Shown here piece after piece: positions 16,997 to 32,423 of a stretch of 64,000 nt of DNA. This DNA comes from the human T2T-CHM13v2.0 reference genome, Homo sapiens, in the NCBI RefSeq assembly GCF_009914755.1, contig NC_060927.1. One strand, written 5' to 3'. The notes beneath the pieces were generated by a model. The model saw only the letters and a program-made list of their open reading frames with translations. It ran no database searches and was not told the DNA's origin. The translations under genes and the position numbers were made by a program. Position 1 is the first letter of the stretch. Every line of letters starts with the position of its first letter.

Positions 16997-19380
16997 TGCA
17001 AAAATCCTCAACAAAATACTAGCAACCCAAATCCAGTGGCACAACAAAATTTAATCTATTACAATCAAGTACACTTTATTCCTGGGAAGCAAGGTTGGTT
17101 CAACGTACGCATATCAAAAACCATATGATCATCTCAATAGACGTAGGAAAAAAGGTTTTGATAAGATCCAACATCCCTTCATGATAAAAACCCTCAACAA
17201 ACTAGGCAGTGAAGGAACATACGTGAAAATAATAAGAGCCATCTATGACAAACCCACAGCCAACATCATACTGAATGGGCAAAAGCTGGAAGCATTCTGC
17301 TTAAGAGCAGGAATAAGACAAGCATGTCAACTCTCACCATTCCTGTTCAATATAGTACTAAAAGTCCTCGCCAAAGCACTCAAGCAAGAGAAAGAAATAA
17401 AAGGCATCCAAATAGGAAAAGAAGTCAAATTGTCTCTCTTTGCCGTTGATATAATTCTATACCTAGAAAACCCTAAAGACTATGGTGAAAGACTCCTAGA
17501 ACTGATCTTCAGCAAAGTTTCCGAATACAAAGTCAATGTGCAAAAATCAGTAGCATTTCTATACAAAGTGAGAGCTCCATCAAGAACGACCCCATTTACA
17601 ACAGCTAGAAAAAATGAAATGCCTAGGAATACATCTAACCAAAGAGGTAAAAGATCTCTACAAGGAAAACTACAAAACACTGGTGAAAGAAATCATAGAT
17701 GACACAAACAAATGGAAAAGCATTCCATGCTCATGGATCGGAAGAATCAATATTGCTAAAATGGCCATACTGCCAAAAGCAATCTACAGATTCAATGCTA
17801 CTTACATCAAACTATAAACATAGTTTTCACAGAATTAGAAAAAGCTATTGTAAAATTCATATGGAACAAAAAAGAGCCTGAATTGCCAAAGTAATCCTAA
17901 GCAAAAAGAACAAAGCCAGAGGCATCACATTACCCAACTTCAAACTATACTATAAGGCTACAATAACCAAAGAAGCATGGTACTGGGACAAAAACAGACA
18001 CATAAGACCAATGGAACAGGATAGAGAATCCAGAAATAAAGCCACATACCTACAGCCATCTCTTCTTTGACAAAGTTGACAAAAATAAGAAATGAAGAAA
18101 TGTCTCCCTATTCAATAAACAATGCTGGGATAACTGGCTAGCAATATGCAGAAGACTGAAACTTGACCCTTACATTTCACCATATACAAAAATTAATTCA
18201 AGATTGAATAAAACTTTAAATGTAAGACCTCAAATTATAGAAATCCTAGAAGAGAACATATGAAATATCATTCTGGATGTTGGCCTTGGCAAAGAATTTA
18301 TGTCGAAGTCCTCAAAAGCAACAAAAACAAATTGTAACAAAGAACATTGACAAGTGAGACCTAATTAAACTAAAGAGCTTCTGCACAGTTAAAAAAAAAA
18401 ACTATTAACAGACTAAACAAGTGGCTGATAGAGTGGGAGAAAATATTATCAAACTATTTGTCTGGCAAAGATCTAATATTCAGAATTTATAAGGAACTTA
18501 AACAATTCAATAAGCAAAAATAAATAAATAAACCCGTTAAAAATTGGGCAAAGGACATGAGCAGACACTTCTCAAAAGACGACCCGCAAGTGGTCAACAT
18601 ACATATGAAAAAATGCCCAATGTCACTGATTGTGAGAGAAATGCAAATCAAAACCACAATGAGATACCATCTCGCACCAGTCAGAATACCTATTACTAAA
18701 ACGTCAAAAAATAACAGATGTTGGTGAGGCTGTGGGGAAAAGGAAACACTTATATACTGTTTGTGGGAATGTAAATTAGTTCAGCCACTGTGGAAAGCAG
18801 TTTGGAGATTTCTTAAAGAGCTTAAAACAGAACTACCGTTCAACCCAGCCATCCTATTACTGGTATATACCCAAAGGAAAATAAATCATTTTGCCAAAAA
18901 GACACATGCACTTGTATGTTCATCAAAGCAGTATTCACAATAGCAAGGGCATATAATCAGTCTAGGTGCCAATCAACATTGAATAGGATAAAGAAAATTT
19001 GGCACTTATATACCATAGAATACTACACAGCCATAAAAAAATAATGTTTTCTGTAACACCCTGGTTGCAGCTGAAGGCCATGATCCTAAGGGACTTAGCA
19101 CGGCAATGGAAAATCAAATACCACATGTTCTCACTTCTGAGAGCTAAACATTGGGTACACATGGACATAAAGATGGGAACAGTGGACGATGGTGACTACC
19201 AGAGCAGTGAGAGAGGGAGGGGAGCAAGGGCTGAAAAACTACCTATTGGGTCCTATGCTTACTACATGGGTAATGAGATCAATTGTACTCCAAACCTCAG
19301 TGTCATGCAATATACTCATGTAACAAACCTGCACATGTAATCTCTGCATCTAAAATAAAAGTTGAAATATTAAAAAAAAA
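16997..19380 (+). mobile_element. 5'-truncated L1PA (L1PA15/16-like), inserted at the end of a MIR (16770-16996)
   Basis: ORF2 RT remnants (17181-17702), C-terminal [11 protein letters not shown], 3'UTR ending taaaataaaagttgaaa plus poly-A. Confidence 0.92.
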
Positions 19381-20152
19381 GTGGGCTACTATGATGATTA
19401 TCAATAGAAGAAAAAATTCATGAAGGCATTTTGTAAAAAACTGTACAAATATCAGGGGTGATTACTATTAAGAAGGCATCTGATTCATGGAAATGAAATA
19501 ATTCATAAGCACCTCAAAATCTCAAGTGTACGCTCAGAAATTCATAGCTTCAAAACAACAACTCTGGGTCTAATTGTGTGGTCACTTTAATTTGGAATTT
19601 TCAGCTTTTTAAAACTTGATTATTAGCACTAAGATGGCCATTGGGACAGTTCAGTTCAAAAAAGATGAATGAATAGGGCATTTTACTGAAGTGTTGCTGT
19701 GGTAAAATTCTTTAATAACACAGAGACCATATTATTCTGCTTTTTTAGTTCAATATAAAAGAAATTTAGCTAAGTAAGAGGGTGATAAGCAATTAGGAAG
19801 CAGTTCATACCCATGACGGTGATCTTGAAAATGGAATATTGGACCTAGAAGAAATTATCTGAAAGATGTAGGCATATCCAGTCTGTACAGCTTATTAATT
19901 TTGTGACTCTGGGAAATGTCTGATCTGAGTATGCTTTATCTATAAAATGGAAATAAAGATACTAACTTCTGGGAATATGCTTATGAGCTTTGGGGATAAT
20001 GTAGGTTAGACACCTGATACTTGGCACATAATAGATGCTCAATAATTATAATTTTCTATCATTAATGCAGACCAGATTACAGTTTCAAGCAGGCATACTT
20101 AAACATAGTAAAATCACATCACAGCAGGTAGAGATTTTACATTGTTTTAGAG

Positions 20153-20376
20153 TAGGGGTCAGCAAACTATGGCACATGAGCCAAATCTGGCTTACTGTTT
20201 GTTTTTGTGAATAAAGTTTTATTGGAACACTGCCACACTCATTCATTTTTGTATTGTCTATGGCTGTTTTCATGCTTCAAAGGCAGAGCTGAGCAGTGGG
20301 GACAGAGATCAGGTGTCCTGCAAAACCTAAAATATTTATCAACTAGCCCTTTATTAAAAAGTTTGCCAACCTCTAC
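20153..20376 (+). mobile_element. MER58A-like hAT-Charlie DNA transposon
   Basis: Terminal inverted repeats taggggtcagcaaact / agtttgccaacctcta. Internal aataaagttttattggaaca. Confidence 0.8.
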
Positions 20377-20881
20377 TTTAGAGACAGATTTGTTTACTTA
20401 TATTGCACCCCATCAAACTAGCATCATGGGAACACTGAAAATGCAGTCTATAATGATTACTATTACATATGTGGAGACCACCAGTGTCGGAATTAGTTCC
20501 AATGCACCAATATGAATACTTTCTCAAGAATGGGAAAAGAAAGAATCCTTTGTCAGCTTGAATGTTCCAAAGTGATTATTACATTTCTGTCTCTACTTAC
20601 TTGTTAGATTAATTGCCGACTAGTTGCTAATGTAACAAATGTGCTTTACAAGTTAGAAAGTCCCTTTCTCTACTAAGTGAATTGCATTAACATTAGATAA
20701 ATAAGTTATTTATCACAAACCTAAGCTATTTTATGTACTCACTCTCATTGAAGAGTGTGGAGATGATTGCTAGTCTGTTGAAAGACAAATTAAAAATGAC
20801 TGTTTCTGTCAAAAAGAATGGTGCATTTCTCTGTCACTGTGGTTTGCAAAAGTACTTAGTGCTTTCCCATATACCCTATAA

Positions 20882-21380
20882 CAGGGGTTCTCAAACTTTT
20901 GGTCTTAAGACCCCTTTACATTCTTAAAAGTTATTGGGGATACCAAAGAGCTTTTGTTTTGTTGTATGTATTAATATTTACCATATTATAAAACTGTTAA
21001 ATTGTTAAAATATTGGTTACATTGTTTAAAAATAATAAAATAAACCTACTACATCATAACAAAAATAGTATTTTAATGGAAAAATTATTATAATTATATT
21101 TTCCAAACTTAAAAAATGGTGAGAATGGTATTAGTTTACATTTTTGCAAACCAATTTAATGATTAGCTTAATAGAATGCAGCAGAATCCTTATATTTGTG
21201 CTGTATTCAATCTGTTGTGATATTAGGCATCATGCAGCCTCTGGAAAACTCCACTTTACATGTGTGAGATAATGAGAGTGAATAAAGAAAATTATGTCTT
21301 GGCATTATTATGAAAATAGTATTGACTTCATGGGTTCCCCTGCAAAGGTATTGGGACCATGCATCACACTTGGAGGACTG
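20882..21380 (+). mobile_element. hAT-Charlie-type DNA transposon (MER119-like)
   Basis: Starts caggggttctcaaacttttggtcttaagacccctttaca, ends ...cacacttggaggactgctg. Confidence 0.65.
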
Positions 21381-22069
21381 CTGCCTGACCTCCCCTCTTA
21401 CCTCCCCTCTTACCTCCCCTCTTCCTGGCTTCCTACTTCCCTGAAATACATGAAAACATTTCCAAGTCTTCCATATTCTGAGACCAAACCACCTTCTATT
21501 CATTAACTCTCTGCTCCAAAAGACTTAGATTTTGTCAGGCAATCTGTTTGAGTCCCTCTCTTGCACTGATTTTTTTGTGAGTGTGTGCCTGTGTGGCTTT
21601 CAGTAAGTCATGCCACATCTCTAAACTTTAAAATTTTCATCTATAAAATAAGGCAGTTGGATTAGACAGTGGCTTTCTACCTAAAGTATGTAGACTCCTG
21701 GGGGCTACCAGAGTTACTGCCAAGGGACTGGAGATCCAGGCAGGCATCCTACAACCACCGTCTGAATTGGATATAGCATATTTTTCCTACATATTCATAC
21801 TTCAATTTTTAAGTGTATGTAGAAACTAGTGACTTTCATGATATTCATTAACATAATAAAAAATTAGGAGCATTGTTTATTTTATAGTGACTTTTAGTCA
21901 TACAATAACTAGATACAGTAAGTTTTAACTGCAAACATGTAGATAGTTATAAAATTGTTTAATGCTAAAAGCTAGAAAAGGGTCCTCCTTGAGAGCATCT
22001 GGGAACTATTTTTCCAGCTGTGACATGAAATAATTATATTATTTTATTCTATTTCTATCACAAAAATAT

Positions 22070-22652
22070 TGTGGCAGTTTGCATTTTGTAAACATGACCA
22101 CCACAAGTTCATAGTCCACATGCTTTTTCTCCAGTATGATTTTGCCACTGCCCTAACACGATGTGGAGTCCTAGAATCTGGGCTGGCCTTATGACTTACT
22201 TGCAACTAAAAGAATGCAGCAGCAGTGATGATGCATGACTTCCAAAGCCAGGAAGGGGTGAGAAAAGGCCACCGAGCATCTCCCTTGTTCTCTTGAAATG
22301 CTTTCTCTGGGAGAAGCCAGATACTCTAAAGGAAGTGTGACTACCCCAGGACCACCAAGTAGGCACTCTGGTAGACTGTTCCAGCTAAGCCCAGCCATTC
22401 AGCCATCTCATGTGCGAGGCATGTGCGTAGAGCTAGTGTAGAACCTCCAGACAAGCTCATCCACAAGCTGAGTACCACTGAGTGATTTGCATCAACATCA
22501 TAGACAGCAGAACTGCCCAACTGAACCCTGATTGAATTTCTGACCCTCACAATCATTAGCTATAACGGAATAGTTCTTCATTTAGGTTGCTAGATTTGAT
22601 GGTTTACCACACAGAATAGATGGTTTACCATGCAGCAATAGAAAACCAGAGC
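22070..22652 (+). mobile_element. MaLR LTR (MLT1-family)
   Basis: MLT1 motifs gccttatgacttacttgcaactaaaagaatgcagcag and terminal gcagcaatagaaaaccaga. Confidence 0.75.
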
Positions 22653-24063
22653 AGTAGTGTTGTGTCTTTGGGTAAATCATCATACCTTGCTGAGCCCTCA
22701 TTTCCTGAAGATGTTGTGTGAAATGATCTTTATGTTATCATTTTGCTCCTCCATTCTACAACTTTGCCCTCTTTCCATCTGAGACCATTTAACTTCCAGT
22801 CCAAACTGGAGCAAAGGCCTCTGATTTGTTCTCTGAATTACTAAGGATCTGGACAAGACATAGTCACATTATGAAGGAACTGGGGTTTCCAGCACTGGGG
22901 CATTCAGGCTCAGCAATGACCAGGGTCCTGGACAATCAGTACAGCCAATGGTGGGAATAGCCATTTAGAACCACTGTAAGTGCTGCAGGGGGCTCTTTCA
23001 ATTCTATGAGCAAGTGTTCATTTGACTAAAGGGAAACTGCTCAAACACTTCAAAGCCAACTGGTCCAACAAACCTCCAAGCCCGCCCCCTTTTACTATAA
23101 CATAAATCAGTTAGATGACAAACTAGAGGTACTTAAGAGCATACTAAGTGTAGAGAAACCATTATAAGCCATTAAGCAAGTAGCTTAAAACTGCTATACA
23201 CTGACCCAGTGGCTTATAATAGCACCAGGGAAGATACTATAAAGAAGTTTTGTGAGTTTTTCTGAAATTTGGGGAGATGATGAAGGAGAAGGAGCATAAC
23301 AGTTGTGAAAAGGTGAAGTTAAAAGCTTGCTCCCAACTGACATCTATGCACACTGCAGTTCCCAGCACCTAGTTCATGCTCATGTTAAGAATGGAGCAGT
23401 CTGTGATGGTTTCATATAATCTATTCAAGACACTTTTAAAATCCAAATATAATTAGTTTATAAGGATAAAGTATTTCCTGATGTCCCCAGGTAGAATAAG
23501 TTGGCCTTACCAGGACACACTATTATATATCACTTATCACATTCTATTGTGGATATATTATTACTATATCATTTGTTTTTTAGATGTATGTTTTACTTCA
23601 ATGATGAATTCCAGGTTGCAGATGTGAGAGTGGAATGTCCATTTTTGATATGCCTTTTTTCCAGCACCTCATGCATAACAAGCACCCAACAAAGGTTTGG
23701 AAAATGAATGATGAATGAATGAACAAATTAACAAATAAAAGAGTGAACCAGTGAATGCATAAGTGGGCTGACTATTAATACGCGATAAATAGGAGTTGTA
23801 CAAATGAATAAATGTGATACCACATAAAAAGCTCTTAAACCTGTACTTGGCAAACATAGGTGCTCAATAAATGTCATTTTTCTTCCCTTTCATATCTTCT
23901 CCTCTCCCTTAGAATGTCCCTAGAAATGGGGTTAAATCATATTTACCTGTGCACATCTCACCGGTGGCATTTGGAAACAGTCTTGGTGTCATAGAATTGT
24001 CCTGTTTTAATTACAGTCCCTTCCCTTTCTCATTAATTGATCTTTAATGTGGGGGAAAGTTTA

Positions 24064-24276
<213 letters not shown>

Positions 24277-25610
24277 CTAAAGGAAAAAGCACACATCAGC
24301 TGCAATAGAGGGTGAACTCCTTAGCTCCAGAACCCATGAGCAAATTTAGTTCCTGTTTGGTTCAAAACTCAACAAAGACAAATGTTGGGCAAAGAGTTTT
24401 TCCACAACCCTAGTGACTACAGCACAGCAATTCTAGGTATTCAAGGGAACTCCCTGGAATAGACAATGGTAAATAACTAGACACCATTTATACTGAGCAA
24501 GAGAACATAAGAGATGGGACCCAAGCTGAAGGAAAAAATAGAAGAGCAGTTTGGAAGAGCTTCTTTCTTTAAAGGTCACATGGCATTGGATAGTATTTCT
24601 ATAATTAACTACAATGTCTCCCTTTGGTAAATTACAGAGAAGGAAAAACAGCAATATTTCTTTTTGAGTGAGACCAACAAGAAATGTTGGAATAAACTAG
24701 TTTTTATGTCAAATTTTTCTAATTCCTATTTTTCAAAAGACTGTCCCTGGGTTTTCTGAGATGAAGATATGGGTATACGTAAGGATTTAAGCCCTAACAC
24801 CCAAGTACAGACCATTCCTGACAAAGATTTTGGTATAAGTGAAGAAATTACTGTCCAAAAGACTTTCTCATAATAGGTCATTTTCCAATACTTAATAGTT
24901 AGTGACTCTCAACAAAGCCTTGGAGCAGAAATTGGTGGAGAAAGTCAGGAGAAAAATAATGACAACAAAAGCAACAAAAATCTAGAAGCCAGTCAAGTTG
25001 CAGATAAGTTAAAACCTTTATAAATAATGTTAGGATTTACCATGTATTCTGTGGCCACAGCACATGGATACGCTTATCAAATTGCTTATATCAAGATACT
25101 GATAATTCAGTTTTACCTCTTTTCTATCTGAGCTCAACAATTCCATTATGAGTTGGGTCCATATACTTTCAATAGTCACTGGTAATATTCCAAATATTTT
25201 GGAAAATTTAAATTATTTACACTTAATCTTAAAGCTAAGATGGCTACCTTAAGACAGATAGACCCAAAAATGTGTGAACAACTGAGAGTAGAGATTGTGA
25301 GTCCAGGTATATAGGAAAAACTCTAGAACTGGTTGATAACCCAAGAACTATCATATTTGTATTTTTCATTTGGTTCTCTTTTGTCCCTTACCACCTTAAT
25401 GCCTCTTATACTTCATTTGATTACTGACCCTTAAGTATTTTGTGATCACAGACACCTTTGGAAAACTGATGAAAGTTATGATTTTCACCATCTGCAGAGA
25501 CCTAGAAAATTTCATGCACCTTTTCAAGTGTTTTCTAGAAGCTATTAAAGCCAATGTTTTGATCTAAAGACTCAAAGTTGAGGAGCATTTAAATACTTAA
25601 AATTAAATGG

Positions 25611-26139
<529 letters not shown>

Positions 26140-26298
26140 TCATGACTGAAGATGGCAGTCAAGAAAAAGCTTTAACATGACAGTGTCATTTAAAATATTC
26201 AAGCAACAAACTCAGGTAAGTTCTTGTGAGAATGGCCACAACTTTCACTGACAGCTCTTTTGAATTTTTCCTGTGCTTAAAAAAAAAAAAAAAAATCA

Positions 26299-26683
<385 letters not shown>

Positions 26684-26879
26684 TCAGAATTTCCTTGTAG
26701 TTTTTTCTACCTTGTTTCTTTTGCTTGTCTTTTTGTTTGTTTCTTTTTTCACTCCATACATCCAAATGGTTGGACAACATCCTCTACCTTTTTCAAGGTC
26801 TCTTAATAGAAGATGTCGAACTTTCAAATACCAGGCATTCCATTCAAAAATGTAAGCTCTTATTTAGAAATACTTCTAG

Positions 26880-27080
26880 CATTACCCAATAGAACATTCT
26901 GCAATTATAGAAATGTTTTATAATCTACACTGTCCCATATGGTAGCTGCTAACCACTTGTAACTATTGAGCACTGGATATGTGGCCAGTGTGATTAAGGA
27001 ACTGAATATTTACTTTAATTTTAAATAGTTTTATTAAAATTTAAATAATCACATGTGGCTAGTGGCTACTGAATCACACA
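26880..27080 (+). mobile_element. MER3-like hAT-Charlie element
   Basis: ccaatagaacattctgcaat...aaccacttgtaactattgagcact...atcacatgtggctagtggctac. Confidence 0.7.
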
Positions 27081-27459
27081 GTAAACCTCCAAACTATTAT
27101 ATCAAAGAGGAGTGTTAAATGCTGAGCTCTTTGTTTGTCAGGAAACAAACCAAACCTTGAAGTAAATGCTATCAAAGCAAAATTTTAATTCTCAAAATAA
27201 ATGAGAGACGAGGACACGTAGCTTTGAAGCTTTGATTGTGTGAAAATGCTAGACAATTCCGTAATCTCACTGTGCTCAACAACTACATCTTTCTCCTCCA
27301 CTAAAATCTATCTTGCAATTGCAGAAGTGCTTACTAGAATTAAATAACCTTACTTTCAAATGCTTTTCCTTTTTTATTTTTCCTAGAGTTAGAAGGATCA
27401 AAATTGTATTGTCAGAAAAGAGAAAGAAAGAAAAATAAGGGAGTGATTTCAATAGTTCA

Positions 27460-27699
<240 letters not shown>

Positions 27700-28363
27700 T
27701 TAACTGTAGATCTATTTTTTAAACCTTTTTTTTTTTTTTTTTTTTACAAAACTCTGCATTCACGTTTGTGTCAATTTATATTTCAGGGTCTGTCAATGAG
27801 CCTCTCCTAATATAGGTTATTCCCTTTTCTCTTTCTTCTTATGGTGTGTGATATGAGAGAGTTAGTGAGTGAAGAATTACAGATAATGCAGTCAATTGGG
27901 AGGTGGCTTAATTGTTGATGAAGGATGTATATTAAAATTAGACAGACAACTTTAAACATGTATGTTAAGACAAAGTAGATAAAGTTTCAAAATGATCTCA
28001 AATATATCATTAAGCCTCCAGGCAAAGTGGGGGATGGGGTGCAGGGAGGGAAAGGAACTAAAGGGCTAAATATAACTTCTAGAGTTCTATTTTTAATATA
28101 TTCATTAGGAAGTCATAAAGTAAGTCATCAGAAAATTGATGCTCAGACAAGTCAATAGAAGTAATTGCGGTTCTCTTCATGATTCAATGCCAATGCACCT
28201 GCGCAATGACAACTAAAATCATCATCATACTGAAAGCTATTCCTAGCAGAACTTGTCCCATTCTCTTTTTCCTCTTTCTTCCTTTTTTGAAAGAGAAGTT
28301 TGACAAGGCATTGAAGCCATGATTGGTTGGCAACCCATGATTCTCAAAGGAGAAAAGGGCTAA

Positions 28364-28925
28364 AAGGTCTAGAACTAAAAATACCATTTGACCCAGCCAT
28401 CCCATTACTGGGTACATACCCAAAGGATTATAAATCATGCTGCTATAAAGACACATGCACATGTATGTTTATTGTGGCACTATTCACAATAGCAAAGACT
28501 TGGAACCAACCCAAATGTCCATCAATGATAGACTGGATTAAGAAAATGTGGCACATATACACCATGGAATACTATGCAGCCATAAAAAAGGATGAGTTCA
28601 TGTCCTTTGTAGGGACATGGATGAAGCTGGAAACCATGATTCTCAGCAAACTATCGCAAGGACAAAAAACCAAACACTGCATGTTCTCACTCATAGGTGG
28701 GAATTGAACAATGAGAACACTTGGACACAGGAAGGGGAACATCACACACTGGGGCCTGTTGTGGGGTGGGGGGAGGGAGGAGGGATAGCATTAGGAGATA
28801 TACCTAATGTAAATGATGAGTTAATGGGTGCAGCACATCAACATGGCACATGTATACATATGTAACCAACCTGCATGTTGTGCACATGTACCCTAGAACT
28901 TAAAGTACAATTAAGAAAAAAAAAA
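28364..28925 (+). mobile_element. 5'-truncated young L1PA (L1PA4-7-like) 3' end
   Basis: ORF2 C-terminus ...HCMFSLIGGN*, G-rich 3'UTR, gtaccctagaacttaaagta plus poly-A. Confidence 0.95.
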
Positions 28926-28974
28926 GAACCAAGTTGAAGCTACACTCATGCTTAGAGGGAACAACATCATCCAT

Positions 28975-29599
28975 TGTGGCTGGAAGCTTCTATTTAACAT
29001 GGTCCACAATGATCCTATCTTCATAATATTCATGCTATTGTGTAATATTCTCCCCTCAAGTGTGGGATGGACCCAGCGACTTGCTTCTAAAAAATAGAAT
29101 AATACAAAAGTGATGGGATATCACTTCTGAGAATAGGTTACAAAATGACTGTGACTTATCTCTTATCACTATCTTATATCTTATATCTTACCACTATCTC
29201 TCATTCTTTCTCTCTCTCAGAGCCTTTGCTCTGGAGGAAGCTAGCTGACAGATTGTGAGTAGTCCTATAGACAGACCATGTGGCAAGAAACTGAAGTCTC
29301 TGGCTAACAGCCAGGAGCATAAGCCTGGAAGAAGATTCTCCTCTAAGTTGAGCCTTGAGATAACTGCACCTTGATTGCAGCTTCATGAGAAACCCTTGCA
29401 TTTGGCACTAGTAGAGACTTGGTGTTTTCATTGCAGTAACACAGAGACAAAAATATATGAAGAGGACTCAGAAAAGCTGTACCCTGATTCCTGACATACA
29501 GCAACTGAGATAACAAATGTTTGGTTTTTTAAGCTTTTGAAGTACTTTTTTTAAGTTTTGAAGTAATTTTTTATTAGCAGAGAGCAATGATACTGTACA
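28975..29599 (+). mobile_element. MaLR LTR (MLT1D/E-like) interrupted by an inverted insertion
   Basis: MLT1 motifs gtgatgggatatcacttctgag, catgtggcaagaaactga and ccctgattcctgacatacagcaactgagataacaaatg. Confidence 0.8.
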
Positions 29600-29736
29600 C
29601 ATATTATTCACAGAAAGACAGGAAAGGAGATCACCATGAAAGGCCAGGAGGTAAACTCATTCTTTGAAATTTTCATTTATTTTTGTCTGTGTTACAGCAA
29701 TGAAAATACCAAGTCTCTACTAGTGCCAAATGCAAG
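29395..29736. repeat. Inverted repeat, arms 29395-29461 and 29672-29736, 210-bp spacer
   Basis: Left arm cttgcatttggcactagtagagacttggtgttttcattgcagtaacacagagacaaaaatatatgaa equals the reverse complement of the right arm, with 3 substitutions and one 2-bp indel. Confidence 0.95.
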
Positions 29737-31833
29737 AAGTCTAGAGAACTTCCCTAGGACAAGCAGATTTAAAGATCTTGATGTTCAGTCTGCTATAATC
29801 TGAAGAGAAAATATTTCTGTAAAAAAATCACCTGGTAATGATGACCATGATCATGATCATGTTTGTGATGATGATGACAACAATGATAGCAATGTAGCAA
29901 TGGAAACTCTCACTTAAGGAGTACATATTATGTTACAGATGCTTTATTCATTCTACAAATATTTATTTGGCCCCCACTGTATGCTAGACTTGGTGGTAGG
30001 CACTAAGAATAGAGTGGTAAGTAAAATCTGATGCAATGTCTAACCTCACGGAGCTTACAGTTTCTCTGCACGTTTTTTCCAGCAAGGGAAGTGGGGAAGA
30101 CACATGAGTAAGTGACAAAACAAGGGTCATCTGTAAGCAGTAGCCAGGACAACATCTGACTAAAGAAAGGCAATGTATCCCATTTCCCAAACAAATCTGG
30201 TCTCAGAAATACTAATGTCCATTGTCATTGTGATTCATCCGCATTGGTCACCTACTCCCCTGATGTCAGGAGACCCCAACAACCCTCTCGGCCCTATAAT
30301 AGCCCACTCATTGCATTAGCAGGTGTGGGTAGACCATTTTACAGACAGTGTCTTACAAGATTCACATTATCTTTATTCAAGGAAGAGTAAAGGAGACTAA
30401 TCCCAAGAGAACCTGGATGGCCATAGTTCTCTCTCCTCACTCTTAACTTATCTAGAAATACAAATGTTCCATTTGCAGGGAATGAAGAAAATGCTACTGT
30501 ATGCCAGCTTTTGCCTTTTGCAAATGCTAGGAAGATAAGCAATTTCCCAGGAAATATCCCTTCTTAGGAAATGGGCATTTGGGTATACAAGTGGTGTTTT
30601 ACAGCCTCGAGGTTTCCATCTCAGCTCCAAGGAATGAGTAATAATCAGGGTTTTGAATTTTTCATTGTAATAATGATGGACAAGAAATGAGTTGCCATTG
30701 ATGTTGCTATTCTCAGGACAGTTGGGCAAAAATAGCAAAGAAGCCCAACTGGAGCAGTGATCTGTAGAGAAAAGCCTATTTGTTGCAAATCCCACTTATC
30801 ATGTACACTTTGCTGCAGCTGTAGCAACTGCACCCAGCTCAAAAATGCTTTAGGTCTTGACAGAAGATGAGAAAGTCAGAGTCACAAGGACTCTCACCCT
30901 GGCTTCAGCTGACATTTGAGGCCAACAAATAGCAAATTGTGCCTGACATCAAGGTTAAAAGGGATCCATTTGTCAGAAGTTCCTTAATTTGATTCTTTAT
31001 ACCCTATGATGGGGTCACAGGTGCAAACCTTAGTATTCAACAAAAGGGTGAAGTGTAGAGGGAGGATTTAGAAGTTGAAATACTCTTTTTAGCAAGGTTG
31101 GACCAGAGAGGCCTTAGTACCATTAGCCCTCTTATCTGCATCCACCCACGGATCTGGGGAGAAGTGGTTCTTCTCTAGCAAAGTGGACAATGGCTTCTAA
31201 CAGCATGGGTCTTCAATTTTAGAAAAATGCACTGTTTCATTAAGTGGGAACAAAGCAAGGAGAATAAACTGCTCAGTATTTCAACAAGTTTATATTCAGC
31301 TGAACTTTATTCCGAAGTCTTTCGAAACAGTCATTTTTGGAACTAGAGAGTCATTTTTCATGAGGCTGTTTTTATTGAAAATATTTTCAGAATTTTTTTT
31401 ATATTCTTTAAAACAGTTACAATAACAGATATTTATTGAATACTTTCTAGGTACCAGTTACTGTTCATAGGCTACAATGGTGAGTAGAAACAGATTAAAA
31501 ACATCTTACAATGTAGTGAAATCTCAGCTAGCTTTAATTTGATAGCCCCAAAACATGCATTATAGAACTTTTATTCCTTAAAAGGTAAATACATATTATT
31601 TGAAAAAGTGTTGGTGTAAATGAGTTTGGAATTTATAGGATTATACAAAGTTTAACATTTCAACTACAGGACTTCAACAGAGCTTTAGTTGTGAATCCCA
31701 TGAAACAAGCATTCCTTACACTTGTTTGGCCTGAGATTTCTTTGGTACAGGAGTCTCTCTAGTGTTTTGCAAACTCCTAGTACAATTACTAGGACCAACC
31801 ACTACGGAGAACTAAGGTTTCCTGGTCTCTCAC

Positions 31834-32304
31834 TGTAGCAGGCAAGGAAAAACTGCCCAGAACTTCCCAGGCCTCCCTCTTGCAGAGCTGGTAGGGCTTC
31901 CAACAGCCAATTCAGGCATCTCTTTGCCTGAAAGTTTCCTCTGGTATCCATGGCTACTATCCACAAGCACAGCAAGATGGAAGTGGGGAGGTAGTCATCC
32001 CTTGGAAGCAGATCTCAACCAGTGACTGATGGTCTTTGGTACATAAATATCTCGGCTCTTTTGTCTCAGTAGTGAGGGCTGACACTGGGTGTTTGTTCAA
32101 TATGGGTGCCTGACTTGTCCCAGTGAAATGAAGCTCCAGTTTCTCCCAGTGGTGATTTGTTAACTAATGCACCCTTTATTTTATTGGCTGTTTTCTCTTT
32201 GCTATCTCACTTCTCTTTTTTCTCTCCTGCTGTTTCCTTCACCTCACAAATAATCTACTTATCCTCCAATGCTTGACTGTGTCTGGAAGAACACAACCAA
32301 GACA
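31834..32304 (+). mobile_element. ERVL LTR (LTR16-like)
   Basis: Starts tgtagcag, ends gtctggaagaacacaaccaagaca. Internal aagctccagtttctcccagtgg. Confidence 0.6.
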
Positions 32305-32356
32305 CTTATTCTGTGACAGATGATATGTGGAACACTTAATGCTAATTAGATGAACT

Positions 32357-32423
32357 CATTTCTTGTCATTTAATGATCATTTATGAAATGTCATTTAATG
32401 ATCATTTCTTGTCATTTAATGAT
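32357..32423. repeat. Short tandem repeat, 3 x 21-25 bp (catttcttgtcatttaatgat)
   Basis: Directly visible. The middle unit is a variant. Confidence 0.85.

Noticed and set aside
29395-29736. MITE with 65-bp TIRs, or a pre-miRNA
   Set aside because: No TSD. The spacer is LTR tail plus unique DNA, and one arm interrupts the LTR. A 210-nt loop is unlike a pre-miRNA.
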